Assembly: GCF_009914755.1 (NCBI RefSeq)
Contig: NC_060931.1
Strand: one strand, 5' to 3'
From: the human T2T-CHM13v2.0 reference genome, Homo sapiens
DNA: 64,000 bases
Both the position numbers and the translations under genes were made by a program. The notes beneath the pieces are model-generated. The model did no database searches and had not been told where the DNA came from. It worked only from the letters and a program-made list of their open reading frames with translations. Numbering within the stretch: position 1 is the stretch's first letter; every line of letters starts with the position of its first letter. Of the stretch, positions 57,193-64,000 are shown piece after piece.

Positions 57193-57243
57193 ACTAGAGA
57201 GTAACTTTGGAGTCAAGAGTATCCTCCAAAGTTACCCTCTAGT
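57193..57243. repeat. Hairpin, 20-bp arms, 11-nt loop
   Basis: ACTAGAGAGTAACTTTGGAG / CTCCAAAGTTACCCTCTAGT, 19/20. Confidence 0.92.
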
Positions 57244-58713
57244 CCTCAGCCATCACATTTTACAGAACGGATGGAGAGGATTAGTTGGCCTGGGAAGATA
57301 ATGAAGTGGAGGTTGCTTAAGAGCGTTTCAAGTGTATATGAAAATGCTTTTTAAACATGTCAAGAGCTCTGCAAATGTGAGGGGTGAAGGCGGGCTTGGG
57401 TTTCTTCCTGATCAAGACTCCCTGGCAGTTGTTCTTAATCTGCATGCCAGATCCCCCAGTGGTTCCAATAACTGAGTAAGAGATGGATTTCCTACACCCT
57501 TCTGAGGGTAGTGAAAGCCAATCCAAATAGGAGCAGTGTGTCCTCTGTCAGCCAGTGGAGATTCTGCGGATGGCGCTGGAGACAGAGCGTCAGCTTTGGT
57601 TTGCCTTGACACATTATACTCCTCATCTTGCCCTTGGTAGTTCAGCAGTCAGATGGGCTGAGACAATTGTATTGTACATGCTGAGAGGACTGTCAGCTCA
57701 GGCCACGTAACTAGAGGACCATTCACCTTTAAACCCGAGATCTCATCAACTCTTATGGAAACGATCTTTCGATTGTTTTTGCAGGAAAGCCTGAAGGACA
57801 CGTCTAGGGTCTGAAATGAAACCTGAAGACAAATATAAATACTAGAAAGGAGAAAAGACAAGAAAATGGTCCCAGGCTACAATTGCTCACCCAGCCAGAC
57901 AGGGGTAGAGCAACCTCCAGGAAATCAGAAGAGTGCTGAGGGAGATTTGTCAGTTTTGGGGGTGCTATGCAAACATAAGAGCAATTTATTCCTGATTTCA
58001 TGGTTTTGCACGCTGAAAAAGGAATATGTCCTGGAAATGTTCATTCCCATCTCAAGGCTTTCAACACCTGACAAAATGTTAAACCTATTGTCATCTGAAG
58101 CCTCCCTGGCCATGAATATTTAGATAAGATGGGCTGAAAAACTCCACGCTATGTTCCGAGGCCATCCCAGAACTTCCTCTTAGTCTTTATGAATTCTAAA
58201 GGGTTGGGGGATCATTATTTTGGCTTTGAGGGCTTCTCTACCTAATTAGTTCAGTTTAGGGATCACTGCACCACTCCACATGTGCAACCATGGTGATGCA
58301 GATGTAGAACTGACTCCTTCCTTAGTCGACACAAAAATCTGCTCAAATGGGGGTTTCACATGCCGCAGACACACTGAAGGTCTTGAGGAAGCAGAAGGGG
58401 TTTTATTGCAATAAGAGCAGAGAGCAGAACTGGGGACAGCCGAGTTGGCTGACCATGTAGTTCACTGCACTGCCATGGTGGTGCCAAAATAATGAACCAT
58501 TTTCAATTAATTGTTAGGCAATCTACTTTATCATTCTTTCACTCTTTCTCTTGACCCTTGTCTTCCACCCAACCCCAGATATATTTTTAAGGACTTCTTT
58601 ATTCTATATACCACCTTTAGCCTCATATTATCTCACAAGCCTCTAGTGCTTTTCCAACCCCAAGTGTTTTCTATCTTTCTGTTAATTAAAGCAACTTCAT
58701 TCTCTCTGACTCT

Positions 58714-59109
58714 GTTTGTTTGTTTGTTTATTTGTTTTATTTTTAAAATTTTTTTGTAGAGACAGAGTCTCACTATGTTGCCCAAGCTGGTCTCAAACTC
58801 CTGGGTTCAAGTGATTCTCCCATGGCCTCCCAAAGTGCTTCCACCGGTGCCTTGGCCTCCCCTTGCAGGCCTCCCTGCTGCGTTGGAACCCTACCTGCGG
58901 GGCAAAGCCACACCAGGGCCATGAACCCCGGACCCCAGGGACCCCGGGACCCCAAGCATGCGTGGCACAGGATGGCCAGGGGCACCGGCCCCTGCTCTGC
59001 CTCGCCGGGTGGTTTCTGCTTGCACCGGTGCCTCGGCCTCCCCTTGCAGGCCTCCTTGCCGCGTTGGGACCCTCCCCGCAGGGCCCAGCATGAACCATCA
59101 AACTCGGCC
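58714..59109 (-). mobile_element. FLAM/left Alu monomer split by a GC-rich insert (about 58840-59087)
   Basis: Alu runs to CCCAAAGTGCT and resumes at GCATGAACCATCAAACTCGGCC. Confidence 0.85.
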
Positions 59110-59553
59110 TCTGTCTATTCCCACCACCAAACTCAGCTCTGGCAAACCCAAATCCACAAAAAGGCTTATGCCTTAACAGGATCCAGCCTCAATAAAACAA
59201 GTTGTGGTTATAAAGAAAATTTGTTTTCCTCCCTTCTTAGAAGAGGAAAATGTTTGGTCCCATAACCCACAGTCAGAATATGGAACCATGACTATATCCT
59301 GGGTCTTCTTGACCTCATGCTTTGGTGACATAATAGGTAAATGCTAATATTGGGCTTTTTGCATTTTTTTTCTCTCTCCATGGTGAAATAACTTCACATC
59401 TCTGAAAGCCCTGATTTTTCATCTGTGAAATGATAAGGCTGGATGTGGTGATCTCTTAGTCCCTTTGGCTCTAATGCTCAGACAGTGCATGGATTCTCTG
59501 TACTCTCTGGGCCTACAGGGGCCAAGCTATTGCCTCCACGCAAAGAGCAGGGC

Positions 59554-59965
59554 TATATTAGTCAGTTCTTGCATTGCTGTAAAGAAATACCTGAGACTGG
59601 GTAATTTATAAAGAAAAGAGGTTTAATTGGCTCATGGTTCTGCAGGTTGTACAGGAAGCATGGCGGTGTCTGCTTCTGGGGAGACTTCGGGGAACTTTTA
59701 CTCATGGTAGAAGGCAAAGCAGGAGCAGGTGTCTTACATGGAAGGAGCAGGACTGAGAAAGAGCAGGCGGGGAGGACCCACGCACTTTTAAACAACCGGA
59801 TCTCCTGAGAACTCACTCACCATCACAAGAACAGCACTGAGGGGTGGCGCTAAACTATTCACGAAGGAGCTGCCCCCGTGATCCAATCACCAGGCCCCAC
59901 TTCCAAAACTGAGGATTATATGTCAATGTAAGATTTGGGTGGGGACAGAGCTCCAAACCATATCA
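59554..59965 (-). mobile_element. MSTA-type MaLR solo LTR
   Basis: TATTAGTCAGTTCTTGCATTGCT...CCAAACCATATCA; TSD AGGGC/AGGGA. Confidence 0.93.
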
Positions 59966-60182
59966 AGGGACTTTGGTATCATATAGGCTCTGTAACTTGT
60001 AGCTGTGTCACCTTGGACAAGTGCCATCTACCTGCTCAGCCTTATTTTCCTAACCTCTTATTCCACTTAGGTCTTATAATATTCTTCAAAATGACGACAG
60101 TGGCTAGTATATACTAAACAATTACTATATGCTGGACATTGTATTTAGTACATTTTTCACATTGTCTCTTATTTTATGTTTT

Positions 60183-63100
60183 CAGTCAGAACTCTTTGTT
60201 GCAAGTGGCAGAATTAGAACTCAAGGCTACTTCTGCAAAATGGAAATGTCCTGGTTCATTTCATTTCACCCTGCTATCCTGCATGTAGGCACGTGCTTCT
60301 TCACATACATACACAACTTCAAATATGCCCTTGCCTGACAATGCAGCTGTCCCATACACAACAAAAATACACTCAGCCCATCCCCAAAAGGAGGCAACAT
60401 GAAATCTTGTCTAGTTAATGCACCCAGTTCTAAGTCCAGAGACTCTGATGGATAGGAATTCCCCTTGGTCAATCCAGATGTAGCTTCACATAGCTTTACA
60501 GAATTCCATGGCTAGAAAGTAACTCTAACTCCCTGTTACATCCAACATTCAATGGTGGGAGCAAAATAGGGTAATTGGGGAAAAAATGTCTTATTTAGGA
60601 AAAGAAAATAATAAAACAACATACAGGGGCTACTGTCTTATAACTGGTGAGATCTTATGCTGGAGAAGGTAGCCTGTATTGGCTGCCCTGGCAGTGGAGT
60701 GAGTTATGTGATAAGCCAATCAGGAAGTCCTCATTTCTGCTTTCTGGAAGGCTCTTTCTTGCACACATCCACCATGGCCCCATGTGAGCTGCCTCAGGAA
60801 AAAGGTTCCCTTACAGGGCTCCCTTCATTCCTCTAGCAGCCCACTTGCTGTTAGTGCAGGTTTGGGGCCTGCTCATTTCAGGGGTCAGGCAATTACAAGC
60901 ATTTGCATGCCAAGCTTTGGGTTTCTCTGGCAGTTCAAGTTGTTTCAAACTATCCATCCATTATCTTGGCTAATAATAATAGTAGGTGTTGAGTAACTAA
61001 CACATATATTAAATGCTTTCTATGTGCAGGCACTCTTCTAAGCTCTTTACATACATTATCTTAATTAAATCTTGAAGACAGCAGCATCACTTAGATTACT
61101 ATTATTCTCCCTCTTTTCTTGGAAAGAGATAGAGGAATAGGGAGGTTAAGTAGCTTGCCCAAAGCCACACAGCTAGTGAAGTTTGGATTGAACTCAGCCG
61201 AACCACCTCCAGGCTTTTTAGAGCTGTGTTGTTTAACCAAAGCTCAGTTAAGTCATGGTCTTTGAATGTAGTCTTAGGCCTCAAAGCATCTGTCCCTTGG
61301 CAACATGTCTTTGTGTTCCCATTGTGGCCTCTGCCCCTGGGCAATATTAAACAATAGCTGGGTGGGGAGGAGCAGCCAGTCTGCCCCTTGTTCCCAGAAG
61401 GTTGTCCAGTGGGTGGCTCTGTGCAGTGTGATTTGACCATCACCCGCTTTGTTGGCTGGGAGCCCACCACCAACTGGAGATCAGGCTTTCCCCAGATCCC
61501 AATACATATCTTATTGGGATACATATACATATACAATACATATACAATACTTATCTCCCCCTGAGTTTCCAGCTTTTCTGCCTTTGCTTGCATTAACCAT
61601 GACTTGGAGAAGACGGTTTGGCTTGGCCAAGCCTTCAAAGCTCTTGAATCCCTGACTTGCAACCACTTAACCCTGCTGGTCATAGGCCCTCTCCTAAGAA
61701 AGTCACCTCTCACCCACTCCCCATTCCACCATGCTTTCAGATAAGTCAATTTGTAGCTTGTTTTCTTTCTTATAGGGCCAAACTGAAGGCTGCAGGATGT
61801 AATCCTGACATTTCCTATCAAGTCTTTTAAGGCTTGAGCTTTGATAGGAATATGGTCTAAATCTCAAGATACACGAGGTACATGAGCCATGAAAGACTAG
61901 GTTATACTGCTCTAACCAACACCTCCAAAATCTCAGTGACTGACAACTACAAAGGTTTATTTCTTCTTCATGCATCATGCCCATTGCTGGTGAGCAGGGC
62001 AGCTCTGCTCCTGACCTATACTCAGGACTCCAGGCTGATACAGCAGCTGGCATCTTCAATGGGATGAAGGCAATAAGTACCCTGGAGAATCTTGCACTAG
62101 CAATTATGTGTTTAATTTTGTTCAAAATTTATTGGCCAGAACGAGTAGGTGACATGGCCCCACCTGATCACAGGGGCCATAAAATTGAATTCTAACAAGT
62201 GCCTAGAAGGCAGAGAGTGGCAAATATTGGGTGAGCTACTAAAGCTTATAACAGCAAGCTTTGAAAGGGTAACCCACTTTATAGGGTAACCAACTTTCTA
62301 GCCACGAGAGTGAAAAGCCTCTCCACTCCATCTCCTACCCTGACAACTAATTCCATAGTTTAGGTTTGTTCCCTGCAATTCCCAATCTCTTGGTGCCAAT
62401 GTCTACAGTATTCAGAATTATTCTGGCTTTTGAATATATGGAATTATTTTGTATATATGATTAAGAAATCCAGGTTTACATTGTGCTTTGGGCATAGCTG
62501 GAGACAACAGCTCAAATATTCCCAGGATATTGTCTTTCTCCATATTTTCTGGCTTTGCTGCTTTCTATGTTGGCGTCATTCTCGAAAAGGGTCCCATATG
62601 GGATAACAAAATAGCCATTCACAGTTTCAGGCTTACATTCTATTGGTTTAGCAACCCTTATGGAGAGCATATATTGATTTTCTAATACCACTAGCAGAAG
62701 TCAGTGGTTCCACTTAGGTTACATACACATCACCTACCACTGTGGCCAAGTCACTTAGTCCATTCAGGCTGCTACAACAAAATTCCTTAGGTGAGTAATT
62801 TATAAGCAACAGGAATTTATTATTCATGGTACTGAAGGCCAGGCAGTTCAAGGTCAAAGCAATGGCAGATCTGGTGTCTGGTTAGGGCTTGCTCTTTGCC
62901 TCAACGCTGTGTCCTTGTATGGTGGAAGGGGCGAATAAGCTCCCTTGAGCCTTTTTACAAAGGGCACTCATCCCATTCATGAGGGTTCTGCCCTCGTAAC
63001 CTGTTCTATCTCTCAAAGACCACATAATACCACTGCATTGAGGATTAGGTATCAGTATATGAATTTTGGGGTGACACAAACATTCAGCCCTTAGCACCAA

Positions 63101-63290
63101 AGACATAATGTTCTCTGATGGGCAGTTCTGAGTCATGGGCACAGCCCCAAACCAGGAGGCAGATTAGCTCCATCAGAACACTATGGGCTGAGAATAGGGG
63201 AGGGGTGGTTCCTGAGAGAAAAGGAAATGTCCTGGGCCAGAAGAGGAAATGCATGATGGACAGGCAAAGCCAATAGATATTTGTTACAAT
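60183..63290 (-). mobile_element. Old MLT1 provirus remnant (LTR-internal-LTR) with nested MIR (about 60970-61240) and MLT1K/L LTR (about 61890-62240)
   Basis: LTR edge AGTCAGAACTCTTTGTTGCAAGTGGCAGAA; internal motifs AAAATACACTCAGCCCATCCCCAAAAGGAGGCAAC and CTCTTGGTGCCAAT abutting the second LTR at about 62407. Confidence 0.6.
62751..63096 (-). mobile_element. MLT1A-type solo LTR nested in an older LTR
   Basis: CTTAGTCCATTCAGGCTGCT...GACACAAACATTCAGCCCTTAGCA; TSD CCAAG/CCAAA. Confidence 0.88.
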
Positions 63291-64000
63291 CAAATGTTGT
63301 TTATATCCCCACTTTCTGATTGTGGAAATTAAAACTTAGCAAAATTAAGTAGCAAGCCCCAGATCGTGCAGTGGTAAGCCTGAAATTCAAATGCAAGTCT
63401 GATTGCAAATGACGTTTGATATTTACTGTGCTTATTTGCTGGCTAGACATTCCTATTACTGATCTAACAATCTGGAATATATGATAAAATTGTTGCATGA
63501 GCTTTTGAATGCTTAAAGCAAACAATGAGATCTACAGTATTTCTTAATTTTTTTAATGTTGATGAATAAAATGACTCCAAATATAATATGAACCCCCCCA
63601 ACCATCTAAATCTTTCTACAAATTAAAAGACCCCACAATGAATATTTTTTAAGTTCAAAATCTCCTTCAGAAAAATTAAATGGTGGAAATGAGTTAATTG
63701 ATAAATACAAATTCCCTTTTAGAAAGGACACAGATTTAATATAAAATAATTGCCTCTTTATGACTGATTTATCTTAAGCCTGACTGCATTTAAATTATAT
63801 CTTGCCCTTATTCAGACCTTATCTAGGAAAATAAATGAACCTTTAGCTCTGGAAGGAGATAGAATGGAGAATGCCCTATAAGGAGACAAAGAAGAAATAG
63901 CCTGAGTTTTTAAAAGATGGATTGAGATCCCTTTCTCTCCTCCTGGTTGCTGAGGAAGACATACATATCCCACTGCAATAAATCGTGAGTCACTTATAAA

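Noticed and set aside
58773-59265. Cluster of overlapping ORFs
   Set aside because: Stop codons are scarce in the GC-rich insert; no coding signature.
61102-61821. Longest ORF (239 aa) as a gene
   Set aside because: Non-ATG start, runs through MaLR internal and MIR sequence, no recognisable domain.

Overview
Primate non-coding DNA, about 40% GC and CpG-depleted. Alu diagnostic bases suggest an Old World monkey rather than human. I find no credible protein-coding exon, RNA gene or CRISPR array; the listed ORFs are chance or repeat-derived. Much of the window is transposon relics: Alus, a FAM monomer, a 5.5-kb L1MA lacking ORF1, L1 3' ends (one twin-primed), MaLR/ERVL/MER21 LTRs, a MaLR provirus remnant, hAT MITEs, MIR and L2. 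Homeodomain-motif-rich unique blocks between them may be enhancers. The main unexplained signal is a set of ~57-60 bp dispersed sequences matching no repeat I recognise. Two well-supported pairs are 20998-21056/29893-29951 and 20274-20330/14764-14820; in each pair one copy interrupts a known transposon, and those two copies lie ~700 bp apart. Two weaker sequences (16139, 33354) appear to bridge the pairs into one modular family. Other oddities are a GC-rich 181-bp-period fragment captured inside an Alu monomer and two long hairpins. Repeat names come from recalled consensus sequences and need RepeatMasker confirmation; old-element boundaries are approximate.
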